From NCBI GenBank assembly GCA_963828255.1, contig CAWHDZ010000007.1, positions 32,001 through 96,000 of the forward strand: 64,000 nt of DNA, given 5' to 3'. The notes under the pieces were generated by a model. The model ran no database searches and was not told the DNA's origin. It saw only the letters and a list, made by a program, of their open reading frames with translations. A program made the position numbers and the translations under genes. This document shows positions 53,846 through 64,000 of this stretch, piece after piece. This stretch comes from an uncultured delta proteobacterium. GTDB taxonomy: Bacteria > Myxococcota > Myxococcia > Myxococcales > Anaeromyxobacteraceae. The number at the start of each line of letters is the position of its first letter. Position 1 is the first letter of the stretch.

Positions 53846-55999
53846 ATGATCCTCGCCACGCTGGCCGTCGCCTCCGTCCTCCTCGCCCAGACACCGTCGG
53901 CTGCCCAGCCGCCCCGGGCCCCCCGCCGTCCGGTCACAGAGACCCACCACGGCGTCGAGGTGGTCGACCCCTACCGCTGGCTGGAGGACTCCGGGTCGCC
54001 CGAGGTGAAGGAGTGGACCGCCGCCCAGGGGGCCGCCGCGCGGGCCTGGCTCGACGCGCTGCCCTCCGCGAAGGAGATCCGGGAGCAGGTCCGCGAGATC
54101 GTGGTGTCCCGCTCCCCGTTCTGGTACCGGCTGGCCGAGCGGAAGGGGACCTGGTTCGCGATGAAGAGCGATCCGGCGCGGCAGCAGCCGGTCCTGGTGC
54201 GCCTGGCCTCCCCGGATGACCCCGCCGGAGAGCGGATCCTCCTCGATCCACAGGCAATCGACCCCTCCGGCAAGACCAACGTCGACTGGTTCGTCCCCTC
54301 GCCGGACGGCAAGCGCATCGCCGTGTCGCTCTCCAGGGGGGGCACCGAGTCGGGCGACCTCACGATCTTCGACGTGGCCACCATGAAGCCCGTCGGCGAG
54401 CCGATCCCGCGCGTCCACGGGGGCACGGCCGGCGGCTCGATGGCCTGGACCGGGGACGGAAAGGGCTTCTGGTACACCCGCTACCCGCGCGAGGGGGAGC
54501 GCCCCGCCGCCGACCTGCCCTTCTACCAGCAGGTCTGGTTCCACCGGATCGGGACCCCCGGCTCGAGCGACGTCAAGGAACTCGGCGACGAGCTGCCCCG
54601 CATCGCCGAGATCACGCTCCGCGCCAAGGACGACGGGAAGTGGGTGCTCGCCGAGGTGAAGGACGGCGACGGCGGCGACGCGGAGCTCTGGCTGCGCCCC
54701 GGCGGCAAGGGTTCCTGGTCCCGGCTCTCGCGCCTCCACGACAAGGCCGTCGAGGGCGAGTTCGGGGACGGGCCGGAGCTCTTCCTCCTCTCCCGCCATG
54801 GCGCACCGCGCGGGAGGCTCTTGCGTCTGCCGCTGCCGCCGCCGGCGAAGGAACCTCTCGCGGCAGCCCGGGTGGTCATCCAGGAGGGGGACGACGCGAT
54901 CCAGGCGGTCGTGCCCGCACGCGACCGGCTCTACGTGACCTACCTGGCCGGCGGCCCGTCGCGCCTCGCCATGTTCACCCCGGCCGGCAAGCCCCTCGGC
55001 GAGGTCCCCATCCTGCCCGTCTCGACGGTGGGCCAGGTCGTGCCGGTCAAGAGCCGCGGCATCCTCTTCCAGAACGTGAGCTGGGTGGAGCCGGTCGCCT
55101 GGTACGCCTTCGACCCGAAGAGCGGAAGGGTGTCGAGGACGAAGCTCGCCACCGTCTCCCCGGTCGACCTCTCCGGGGCCGAGGCGGTGCGCGGCTTCGC
55201 CACCTCGAAGGACGGAACCCGGGTTCCGGTCGACGTCATCCGCATGAAGGGGACCAGGATCGACGGGAGCAACCCGGCCATCCTCTACGGCTACGGTGGC
55301 TACGGCCTCAGCCAGACCCCGGTCTTCTCGCCGCTGAGGGCGCTCTGGCTCAGGAACGGCGGCGTCTACGCCACGGCCATCCTGCGCGGCGGCGGCGAGT
55401 TCGGGGACGCCTGGCACCTGGCCGGCAACCTGACCCGCAAGCAGAACGTCTTCGACGACTTCATCGCCGCGGCCGGGTGGCTCGTGCAGGAAGGCTACAC
55501 GAGGCCGGAACGGCTCGGCATCCTGGGCGGCTCGAACGGCGGACTCCTCGTGAACGCGGTGGTGACGCAGCGGCCGGAGCTCTTCCGGGCGGCGGCGAGC
55601 CTGGTGGGCATCTCCGACGCCGTCCGGGTCGAGACCACGCCCAACGGCGCCTTCAACGTTCCCGAGTTCGGCACCGTGAAGGACCCGGAGCAGTTCAAGG
55701 CGCTCCTCGCGTACTCCCCGGTCCACCGGGTGGTGGACGGGACCCGCTACCCGGCCGTGCTATTGACTGCGGGTGAAGGCGATCCGCGCGTCGACTCCTG
55801 GCACGCCAAGAAGATGGCGGCCCGCCTCCAGGAGGCCACCACCTCCGGCCTCCCGGTGGTGCTGCGCATCTCCGGCTGGGGGCACGGGATCGGCAGCTCG
55901 CGCGACGAGACCATCGCCCAGCAGGCCGACGTCTGGGCCTTCTTCTTCGCCGAGCTGGGCGTCCCGTTCCGCCCCGTCGCCGTCTCCTCCAGGCGGTGA
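53846..55999 (+). CDS. prolyl oligopeptidase (S9A), secreted
   Basis: DPYRWLED, GYGGY, GGSNGG, DPRV, GHG. Confidence 0.94.
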   Translation: MILATLAVASVLLAQTPSAAQPPRAPRRPVTETHHGVEVVDPYRWLEDSGSPEVKEWTAAQGAAARAWLDALPSAKEIREQVREIVVSRSPFWYRLAERKGTWFAMKSDPARQQPVLVRLASPDDPAGERILLDPQAIDPSGKTNVDWFVPSPDGKRIAVSLSRGGTESGDLTIFDVATMKPVGEPIPRVHGGTAGGSMAWTGDGKGFWYTRYPREGERPAADLPFYQQVWFHRIGTPGSSDVKELGDELPRIAEITLRAKDDGKWVLAEVKDGDGGDAELWLRPGGKGSWSRLSRLHDKAVEGEFGDGPELFLLSRHGAPRGRLLRLPLPPPAKEPLAAARVVIQEGDDAIQAVVPARDRLYVTYLAGGPSRLAMFTPAGKPLGEVPILPVSTVGQVVPVKSRGILFQNVSWVEPVAWYAFDPKSGRVSRTKLATVSPVDLSGAEAVRGFATSKDGTRVPVDVIRMKGTRIDGSNPAILYGYGGYGLSQTPVFSPLRALWLRNGGVYATAILRGGGEFGDAWHLAGNLTRKQNVFDDFIAAAGWLVQEGYTRPERLGILGGSNGGLLVNAVVTQRPELFRAAASLVGISDAVRVETTPNGAFNVPEFGTVKDPEQFKALLAYSPVHRVVDGTRYPAVLLTAGEGDPRVDSWHAKKMAARLQEATTSGLPVVLRISGWGHGIGSSRDETIAQQADVWAFFFAELGVPFRPVAVSSRR

Positions 56000-57201
56000 C
56001 GCCGGCCGGGCCGGCATCCCGGTTCGTGCCCCTGCGGAGCCGCGCCACCGGCGCGCTCTGCACCGGCACGGTGGCCGCCTACGCGGCCATGTACGTCACC
56101 CAGCCGCTCCTGCCCATGCTCTCGGCCGAGTTCGCCATCCCGCCGGCCACGGCGGGGCTCTCGGTCTCGGCGGTGGTGCTCGCCATCGCGGCCGGGTCGT
56201 TCCTGGCCGGGCCGCTCTCCGACGCGCTGGGGAGGAAGGCGGTGATGGTCGGGTCGCTGGCGCTGCTCGTCCTGCCCACGCTGGCCTGCGCCGCGGCGAG
56301 GAGCTTCCCCGAGCTGGTCGCGCTGCGGGCGGCGCAGGGGCTCCTCATCCCCGGCGTCACGGCCGTCTCGGTGGCCTGGGCAGGGGACCACTTCGCCCCC
56401 GGGCAGCTCCGGGCCGCGGTGGGCGCCGTCATCGCCGCCAGCGTCGCCGGAGGGCTCCTCGGCCGGGTGGCGAGCGGCCTCGTGGCCGCGCAGGGAGGGT
56501 GGAGGGCCGCCTTCCTCCTCTCGGCCGCGATCACGGCGGCGGGCGCGGCCGGGATGTGGTTCGAGCTGCCGAGGGGAGGGCCGCCCGCTGCTCCCTGGCG
56601 CGGTGCCCTGGGCGGGATGCTGCGCCACCTCGGCGACCGGCGCCTCCTGGGCGGCTTCGCGCTGGCCTTCTGCCTCTTCTTCGCCTTCATCGCCGTCTTC
56701 ACCTACCTGCCCTACCGGCTCGCGGCCCCCCCGTTCCGGCTCTCCACCGACGCCATCGCCTCGGCCTACCTGGTGTACGTGGTGGGCATCGTGGCGTCGC
56801 CCCTGGCCGGGAGGCTCTCGGCGCGGGTGGCGCCGGAGCGGATCATGCTCGCCGGGCTCGCCATCTCCGCGGCGGGGGTGGCGGTGACGCTCTCCGGTTC
56901 ACTGGTGGTCCTGGTGAGCGGACTGCTCGTGCTCGTGGTGGGGATGTTCACCGCCCAGGCGCTTGGGCCCTCCTACGTGAACGAGACGGCCCGGGAGGCC
57001 AAGGGAGGCGCCAGCGCGCTCTACCTGGCCTTCTACTACCTGGGTGGAACGCTGGGCTCCTGGCTGCCCGGGCTGGCCTGGCAGCGATGGGGCTGGAACG
57101 GCGTGGCCGGCGCGAGCCTTCTGGCCCTGGGCGCCGCGGCGCTTGCGGTGTCGATCCTCTGCCGGACGGAGCGCCCGGCCCGCGCGGCTCAGGGAGCCTG
57201 A
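55996..57201 (+). CDS. MFS transporter (YnfM-like)
   Basis: YVTQPLLP, GPLSDALGRK, ASALYLAFYYLGG. Confidence 0.9.
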   Translation: MTPAGPASRFVPLRSRATGALCTGTVAAYAAMYVTQPLLPMLSAEFAIPPATAGLSVSAVVLAIAAGSFLAGPLSDALGRKAVMVGSLALLVLPTLACAAARSFPELVALRAAQGLLIPGVTAVSVAWAGDHFAPGQLRAAVGAVIAASVAGGLLGRVASGLVAAQGGWRAAFLLSAAITAAGAAGMWFELPRGGPPAAPWRGALGGMLRHLGDRRLLGGFALAFCLFFAFIAVFTYLPYRLAAPPFRLSTDAIASAYLVYVVGIVASPLAGRLSARVAPERIMLAGLAISAAGVAVTLSGSLVVLVSGLLVLVVGMFTAQALGPSYVNETAREAKGGASALYLAFYYLGGTLGSWLPGLAWQRWGWNGVAGASLLALGAAALAVSILCRTERPARAAQGA

Positions 57202-57716
57202 CGCTCCCACCAGATGTCGGCGTCGCGCGGGGTGTCGAGCCGGCGCGCGCCCACGGAGAGCCGGCGCAGGTCCTCGAGGACGCCCTCGACGATGGCGGGG
57301 ACGGAGCGGCGCATCGTCGCGGTGAGGAAGGTTCCCAGTTCCAGGCTCTCCGGGATGGCTCCCCAGAGGATCACCTCCGACGGCCCGCTCCCGCGGAACT
57401 CCATTGCGAGGAGCGCCTCGCGCAGCCCGGGCTCGTGCGGGCTCATGGAGGTCTTGGTCCCGCCCTTCACGATCTCCGCGCGGTCGTAGCGCTTCACGTC
57501 CCCCGGGCCGCCCTGGTCCCGGACGGCGTCCACGACGATGGCCGCGTCCGTGCCGTGGAGCAGCGAGATGATGTCCATCCCGGGGGTTCCGGCGTCGAGG
57601 ATCTCGGCGTCCCCGTCGAGGTCCCAGCCGGCCTGCAGGGTTCGCGCGACGAACGGGCCGAGGCCGTCGTCGCTGTTCAGGACGTTTCCGATTCCCAGCA
57701 CCACCACGCGCGCCAT
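57189..57716 (-). CDS. hydrogenase maturation protease (HyaD/HybD family)
   Basis: VLGIGNVLNSDDGLG, DAGT, VDAV, SPHE. Confidence 0.88.
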   Translation of the reverse strand: MARVVVLGIGNVLNSDDGLGPFVARTLQAGWDLDGDAEILDAGTPGMDIISLLHGTDAAIVVDAVRDQGGPGDVKRYDRAEIVKGGTKTSMSPHEPGLREALLAMEFRGSGPSEVILWGAIPESLELGTFLTATMRRSVPAIVEGVLEDLRRLSVGARRLDTPRDADIWWERQAP

Positions 57717-57788
57717 GGAGGGAGAGACTACTGCACCTCGTCCCGGATGGGGTCGACAGGAGGAGGCAACCCATGACAACAAGGGCCC

Positions 57789-58568
57789 ATGCGCAGGGTG
57801 GTCGTCGAGATCGACGAGGCGAAGTGCGACGGGTGCGGCGAGTGCGTGCCCTCCTGCGCCGAGGGCGCCATCCGGCTGGTGGATGGCAAGGCCCGGCTGG
57901 TGGCCGACGCGCTCTGCGACGGCCTGGGCGCCTGCCTGGGGGAGTGTCCCCAGGGAGCCATCCGCGTGCTCGAGCGGGAGGCCGCGCCGTTCGACGAGGA
58001 GGCGGTGGCGCGCCACCTGGCCGGCGCCATCCCGTCGCCACCCCGGGATCCAGCCGTTCCGTCCGCGCCCCGACGTTCACTTTCCGTGGTGCAGCCGGCC
58101 CCGGACGACGGCGCGGGAGGCTGTCCCGGGTCGCGGAGCATGGACCTCGGCCCGCCGCGCCGGGCTCCTTCCGCCCCGGCCCCGGCCGGTGCGACGACCG
58201 CGGGCCAGCTCTCCCACTGGCCCGTGCAGCTCGCGCTCGTCTCGGCCGGCGCACCCTGGCTGGCCGGCGCCAATCTCCTGCTCGCCGCCGACTGCGTCCC
58301 CTTCGCCTACGCCGACTTCCACCGGGACCTGCTGGCCGGGCGCCGGGTGCTGGTCGGCTGCCCGAAGCTCGACGATCTCCAGGGATACGTGGGGAAGCTC
58401 GTCGAGATCTTCCGGACGTCGCGCCCGCGAAGCCTCACCGTGGCCCGGATGGAGGTTCCGTGCTGCGGCGGGATCGTCTCCGCGGCACGGGAGGCGGTGC
58501 GGCTTTCCGGTGTGGCGCTGCCGGTCACCGAGGTGACCATCGGCGTGGGTGGCGCGCGCCTCTCCTGA
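57789..58568 (+). CDS. 4Fe-4S dicluster-containing protein
   Basis: CDGCGECVPSC, CDGLGACLGECP, GCPG, WPVQL, ADC, GCPKLDD, EVPCC. Confidence 0.9.
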   Translation: MRRVVVEIDEAKCDGCGECVPSCAEGAIRLVDGKARLVADALCDGLGACLGECPQGAIRVLEREAAPFDEEAVARHLAGAIPSPPRDPAVPSAPRRSLSVVQPAPDDGAGGCPGSRSMDLGPPRRAPSAPAPAGATTAGQLSHWPVQLALVSAGAPWLAGANLLLAADCVPFAYADFHRDLLAGRRVLVGCPKLDDLQGYVGKLVEIFRTSRPRSLTVARMEVPCCGGIVSAAREAVRLSGVALPVTEVTIGVGGARLS

Positions 58569-58645
58569 GGGCTGCGGGCACTGGGCTCCCGCATCGGGTA
58601 GAATCGGGGGATGGCGAAGCCCAGCCGGCTCGCCGGGAGGTTCCC

Positions 58646-58981
58646 ATGAAGCGCCTTCGTTCCGTCGGCATGGCCTCGCTGGCCGGGGCAGTTCTCTCCT
58701 TCGCCGGACCCGCGACCGCCGCGGACGACCCCGGTGTCATCCCCATGGAGATCCGGGTGGGCGATGTCGTGCCCGTCGGCCCCGGGCCGGTGCGAAACCT
58801 CATCTGCGACAGCCCCGGCCTGGTCGAGCCCACCGACCAGGGCGGAAGCCCAGGCCTTCGCGGGCTTCGCGCCGGCACGACCCTCTGCTCCCTCACCGAC
58901 GCCCTCTCCATCCGGCGCACCTACCGGGTGGTGGTCGTGGTGCCTCCTGCGGCCTCGTCCCAGCCGGGCGGGGCCAAGTAG
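58646..58981 (+). CDS. small secreted hypothetical protein
   Basis: GGAGG RBS, signal peptide, Cys pair (ICD...GTTLCS). Confidence 0.65.
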   Translation: MKRLRSVGMASLAGAVLSFAGPATAADDPGVIPMEIRVGDVVPVGPGPVRNLICDSPGLVEPTDQGGSPGLRGLRAGTTLCSLTDALSIRRTYRVVVVVPPAASSQPGGAK

Positions 58982-58987
58982 ACCGCC

Positions 58988-59416
58988 GTGGCCGCCTGGA
59001 AGCGGATCGGCTGCGCGGTCGACTTCTCCGACGGGTCGCACGCCGCGCTCGCCGAGGCCACCGCCCTGGCGGGCCGCTTCGGCGCCGGGCTCGTTCTCCT
59101 GCACGCCGAGGAACTGGCGGGAGTGACCGACATCCCGCCGCCCCAGAGCGTGGTCGAGTCCACCCGGCGGGAACTCGAGGCGAAGCTCGCGGAGTGGAAG
59201 GCCGAGGCGGAGCGGGGGCTTGATCGGGAGGTCGAGGCCCACATGATCCCGGGCCCGGCGGCCCCCGGGATCGCCCGCGCCGCCGCCGAACGCGGTCTCG
59301 ACCTGCTCGTGACCGGGACCCACGGAAGGCGCGGGTTCCGTCACCTGGTCCTGGGGTCCGTGGCCGAGCGGCTCGTCCACCTGGCGCCCTGCGCGGTCCT
59401 GGTGGTCCGGGCGTGA
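58988..59416 (+). CDS. universal stress protein
   Basis: [21 protein letters not shown]. Confidence 0.92.
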   Translation: MAAWKRIGCAVDFSDGSHAALAEATALAGRFGAGLVLLHAEELAGVTDIPPPQSVVESTRRELEAKLAEWKAEAERGLDREVEAHMIPGPAAPGIARAAAERGLDLLVTGTHGRRGFRHLVLGSVAERLVHLAPCAVLVVRA

Positions 59417-60834
59417 TCCTCGCCGTGACGACCGCGGCCCTGCTCCTCGCAACGGAACCGGCCGCCGGCCCGGCGCCCGCCACCCTCCCGGGCGGCCCAC
59501 CCGAGGCGGCGCGCATCCTCGCCGAGGCCCTCCGGGGAGGGTCGTACCCGATCCTGGCCGAGCTCACCGACGGCGTCGGGTCCCGCCTGGCCGGATCACG
59601 CGGCGCGGAGGCGGCGGTGCGCTGGAGCGCGGACTGGTTCCGCCGCCACGGCATCCCGGTGCGCCTCGAGCCGGTGATGGTCACCCGGTGGACCCGCGGG
59701 GAGGAGCGGGCCGAGGTGGTCGCGGGGCCCGGCGGCCGCCCGCAGCCGCTGGCCGTGACGGCGCTCGGCATGAGCGCGCCCACGCCCCCGGGCGGGCTCG
59801 TCGCAGAGGTGATCGAGGTCCGCAGCCTCGAGGAGCTGGCCCGGATCGGACCTGGGGTGAAGGGGCGGATCGTCCTCTTCCAGCACGACATGAAGGTGGC
59901 GGCCGACTACGGCAGGTTCTCGGGGCTCCGGCTCCGGGGGCCCGCCGCCGCCGCGCGCCTGGGCGCGGTGGCCGCGCTGGTGCGCTCCCTGTCCACCGCC
60001 AGCCTACGCGCCCCCCACACCGGCACCACCTCGTTCCCGCCCGGGGTCGCCGCCATCCCCGCCGGCGCCCTGGCGGTGGAGGACGCCGAGCTCGTCCACC
60101 GGCTCCTCGGGCGCGGTCCGGTCCGGATCCGCCTGGTCCTGGGCTGCAGCCTGGCCGACCCGCCGCTCGTCCCGTCGGCCAACGTGGTGGCCGAGATCCG
60201 GGGCGCCGGGAAGCCCGACGAGGTCGTCGTCATCGGCGCCCACCTCGACGCCTGGGACCTGGGGACGGGGGCCATCGACGACGGGGCAGGGGTGGCCATG
60301 GTCCTCGAGACCATGCGGATCGTGGCCAGCATGCCGCGGCCGCCGCGACGGACGCTGCGCGCGGTGCTCTTCATGAACGAGGAGAACGGCGCCGAGGGGG
60401 CCGTGGCCTACCACGAGGCGGCCCTGGCGGCCGGAACGCTCCACGTGGCGGCCATGGAGGCCGACGCGGGCGCCGGGCGCGCCACCGGGGTCGAGGTCAC
60501 CGCGGGTCCGGGGGCGATGGAACTCGTCGGTGCGATGGCGGCGCCGCTCGCGTCGGTGGGCGCAGCCGGGGTGGGCGGAAACGGTGGCGGCGTGGACATC
60601 TCGCCGCTGGCCTGGGCCGGCGTCCCGCTCCTCTCGCTGGCCCAGGACACCAGCCGCTACTTCGACTGGCACCACGGCGCCGCCGACACCCTCGACAAGG
60701 TCGATCCCGCCCAGCTGGCGCAGGCCACCGCCGCGTTCGCCTGGATGGCCTGGGCGCTCGCCGACTCTCCCGCGACCCTTCCGCGCCTGCCTGCCCCGGA
60801 CCGCGAGCCATGGTGGAAGCGCCCGTCGCGCTGA
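59413..60834 (+). CDS. M28-family peptidase (carboxypeptidase Q-like), secreted
   Basis: [27 protein letters not shown]. Confidence 0.9.
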   Translation: MILAVTTAALLLATEPAAGPAPATLPGGPPEAARILAEALRGGSYPILAELTDGVGSRLAGSRGAEAAVRWSADWFRRHGIPVRLEPVMVTRWTRGEERAEVVAGPGGRPQPLAVTALGMSAPTPPGGLVAEVIEVRSLEELARIGPGVKGRIVLFQHDMKVAADYGRFSGLRLRGPAAAARLGAVAALVRSLSTASLRAPHTGTTSFPPGVAAIPAGALAVEDAELVHRLLGRGPVRIRLVLGCSLADPPLVPSANVVAEIRGAGKPDEVVVIGAHLDAWDLGTGAIDDGAGVAMVLETMRIVASMPRPPRRTLRAVLFMNEENGAEGAVAYHEAALAAGTLHVAAMEADAGAGRATGVEVTAGPGAMELVGAMAAPLASVGAAGVGGNGGGVDISPLAWAGVPLLSLAQDTSRYFDWHHGAADTLDKVDPAQLAQATAAFAWMAWALADSPATLPRLPAPDREPWWKRPSR

Positions 60835-60849
60835 TTAGGATCCGCGCTC

Positions 60850-61803
<954 letters not shown>

Positions 61804-61878
61804 CCAGCCCGCCTCCTCGCTCTCGTCCATGTCGGCCATGACGTCGGCCGCGCGAAGCTGCGGGAACCGCGCGTACGA

Positions 61879-62640
61879 CTACTCCGGGTCACGCAGACCC
61901 GGGTCGCCCCTCCGCAGCGCCATCTCCGCCTGGGCCACCGCGAAGGGCACCGCCACGTCAACGCGCAGCGGGCGCGGACCGAACGTGAACGGGTGGAATC
62001 CCCGCGACACCAGGGTCTCGGCCTCGTAGGCGGTGAAGCCGCCCTCCGGGCCGATGGCGAGCACCGCGCCGTCCGACCCGGCCGGGACCACCTCGAGGAG
62101 GGCCGGGGAGCCGGGGTGGGCGATGAGCCGCACTCGCCGCCCGGGGGGGAACAGCCCGTCGAGGTGGTCCTCCACGAAGGGCTTGAAGTGCCGGTGCAGC
62201 GTGACCTCCGGGGGGACGGTGTCCTTGCCCTGCTCGAGGCCGAGCCGCAACTCGGCCGCCATGGCCTCCGGCGCGAGAAGGGGGGAGCCGAGGTAGCTCT
62301 TCTCCACCCGGTAGGTGCCCACCAGCGCGAGCCGCTTCACCCCCATCGAGGCCACCGCCTGGAGCACCTTGCGGAGGATCTTGGGGCGGGGGAGGGCGAG
62401 GACCAGGGAAACCGGGGAGGGCGGGGGGGGCGGGCCGGCCAGGTTCACGGAGAGAAGAACCAGGTCGCTCGAGGCCTCGATGACCACCGCCTCGCCGGTG
62501 CGCCCCCGCAGGAGCCCCACGGCGATGCGGTCGCCCGGGACGGCCCGCAGCACCTCGACCACGTGGCGGGCCCGCCGGCCGCGCAAGCGGGCGCCGCCGG
62601 ATTCGTCGAGGTCCTCTTCGTCGAGGAGCAGGAGGTTCAA
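61879..62640 (-). CDS. rsmE: 16S rRNA m3U1498 methyltransferase
   Basis: LALPRPK, GLEQ, IGPEGGF, PLRV. Confidence 0.9.
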   Translation of the reverse strand: MNLLLLDEEDLDESGGARLRGRRARHVVEVLRAVPGDRIAVGLLRGRTGEAVVIEASSDLVLLSVNLAGPPPPPSPVSLVLALPRPKILRKVLQAVASMGVKRLALVGTYRVEKSYLGSPLLAPEAMAAELRLGLEQGKDTVPPEVTLHRHFKPFVEDHLDGLFPPGRRVRLIAHPGSPALLEVVPAGSDGAVLAIGPEGGFTAYEAETLVSRGFHPFTFGPRPLRVDVAVPFAVAQAEMALRRGDPGLRDPE

Positions 62641-62657
62641 TGGGGTACCATGTCGCG

Positions 62658-62987
62658 ATGGCCGGAAAGCAAGAGCCCTACTGGTACCTCATCTCGGTGC
62701 TGGCGAGCACCATCCCGCTCGAGCCGGGGCTGGCCATGAGCCTCTACGAGGTCGCCTTCTCCCTCCACCGCAGCGGCGAGGCGCACGGCCAGGTCATCCA
62801 GGACCGCATGGAGGGGCGGGTGACCAACATGCACCGCTCCTTCGCGCTCGGCTCCATCGCCGGGCCGGGGTTCGAGGCCGAGGTGGACATGCCGGCGGGC
62901 CGGGGGAAGGTGCGCTTCCTGCTCACGCGCGAGGGGCTCGACCGGGGCCGGCGCAAGGCCCGCCTCGACCAGGCGCTCCGGAACTGA
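62658..62987 (+). CDS. hypothetical protein
   Basis: Fills the gap between rsmE and lhgO with typical codon bias; TACCAT 6 nt upstream of the ATG. Confidence 0.65.
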   Translation: MAGKQEPYWYLISVLASTIPLEPGLAMSLYEVAFSLHRSGEAHGQVIQDRMEGRVTNMHRSFALGSIAGPGFEAEVDMPAGRGKVRFLLTREGLDRGRRKARLDQALRN

Positions 62988-64000
62988 TCACCCGAAGTGC
63001 TCCTCGGCGATCTGGCGGGCCAGCTCCATCGAGCTCGTGAAGGCCGGCGAGATGGGGTTCAGCACGTGCAGCGTGTCGCCGGACTGCTCCACGATGAAGT
63101 CCATGAGGAGCTGCTTGGTGCGCCAGTCCACGAGCTGGGGGCGGATCCCCACCTTGTCGGCGGGCTCGACCTCGGCCGGGTCGAACCCGTGGACGAGGCG
63201 CGCCGCGTCCCGGTGCAGGTAGACGGGCAGGTACTTGCGCGGCTCGGAGAGGGCCACCGAGCGGAACCCGGCGTTCCGGAAGAAGAGCACCGCGTCCTCG
63301 AAGGCGATGCGGGGGGCGTCGCCGTCCACGCCGGCCAGGATGCCGTAGTTCTCCCGCCCGAAGGCGGGGATGGCGGTGGGGCCCAGGTAGACGTCTCCGT
63401 GGACGCTGCGGGTGAAGTGCACTCCCAGGAAGGGGTTGCGGGGGTCGGGAACGGGATAGACGTTTCCGTTCACGGTGAGTCGCGCGCCCCTGCGCAGCTT
63501 GCGGTAGATGCCCTTGAAGGGGATGAGACGGTAGTGCTCGCCCACGCCGAAGAAGCGGGCCACCCGGTCGCAGTGGGCGCCCGCCGCGTTCACCAGCCGC
63601 CCGTAGCCGATGGCGCCGGCCGTGGTGCGGACCTCTCCCTTCCCGCCGGCCCCGAGGACCTCTACGCCGGTGCGGATGCGCACCCTCCCTCCCGCCGTGA
63701 GGTCGGCGAGCAGCGAGGCCAGCACCGCCTTCGGGTCCACCACCGCGGTGTCCCGCGACCAGAGGGCGCGACCCACCGTCCGCGCGCAGGGCTCGACCCC
63801 GGCGAGCCCCTTCTCGTCGAGCATCTCGACCCGGGCGCCGTTGGCGGTGGCCCGCTCGAAGAGCCCGTCGAGCACCGGGAGCTCCGACTCCTCCCGGGCC
63901 ACGACCACCTTCCCGCACTCGAGCAGGGGGAGCCCCTTCTCCCTGCAGTAGGCACGCATGGCCATGTTCCCGGCCAGGCAGGTCCTCGCCTTGCGGCTGT
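62988..64000 (-). CDS. lhgO: L-2-hydroxyglutarate oxidase (5'-partial)
   Basis: CGKVVVA, NAAG, YPVPDPRNPFLGVHFT, GIRPQ, SPAFTSS; frame open to the window edge. Confidence 0.88.
   Translation of the reverse strand, partial: SRKARTCLAGNMAMRAYCREKGLPLLECGKVVVAREESELPVLDGLFERATANGARVEMLDEKGLAGVEPCARTVGRALWSRDTAVVDPKAVLASLLADLTAGGRVRIRTGVEVLGAGGKGEVRTTAGAIGYGRLVNAAGAHCDRVARFFGVGEHYRLIPFKGIYRKLRRGARLTVNGNVYPVPDPRNPFLGVHFTRSVHGDVYLGPTAIPAFGRENYGILAGVDGDAPRIAFEDAVLFFRNAGFRSVALSEPRKYLPVYLHRDAARLVHGFDPAEVEPADKVGIRPQLVDWRTKQLLMDFIVEQSGDTLHVLNPISPAFTSSMELARQIAEEHFG

Noticed and set aside
61804..61878. Protein-like codons continuing in frame after the rsmE TAG (possible read-through)
   Set aside because: RsmE is complete at the TAG and the frame continues only as the antisense shadow of map

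Overview
Very GC-rich, gene-dense chromosomal window. Gene content and codon style suggest an Anaeromyxobacter-like member of the Myxococcota (inference). About 60 CDSs are supported, mostly housekeeping: surE, an ABC-2 transporter, a complete Rrf2-sufBCDSU-sufT Fe-S assembly operon, an ECF sigma module, sahR-ahcY, glgP, lemA-TPM-TPM, amtB, nfeD-SPFH, a large FAD/Fe-S oxidoreductase, qor, several peptidases, map, rsmE and a partial lhgO. No tRNA, rRNA, CRISPR array or transposase was recognised. Most interesting non-routine signals: (1) a candidate ~105-nt sigma54-type small RNA with its own terminator, divergent from amtB; (2) a lower-GC HNH-endonuclease locus preceded by a highly structured non-coding segment; (3) two Tat-exported NAD(P)-dependent oxidoreductases coupled to an NTT/TLC-type nucleotide transporter; (4) one ATCCG-N6-CGGAT palindrome shared by the sahR promoter and a SutR-like regulator promoter; (5) recurrent leaderless promoter architecture and a probable CTG start codon; (6) an internally deleted phosphoglycosyl transferase; (7) a 1.2-kb heavily frameshifted gene pair. 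All calls are from reading the sequence by eye; no searches or folding programs were run.
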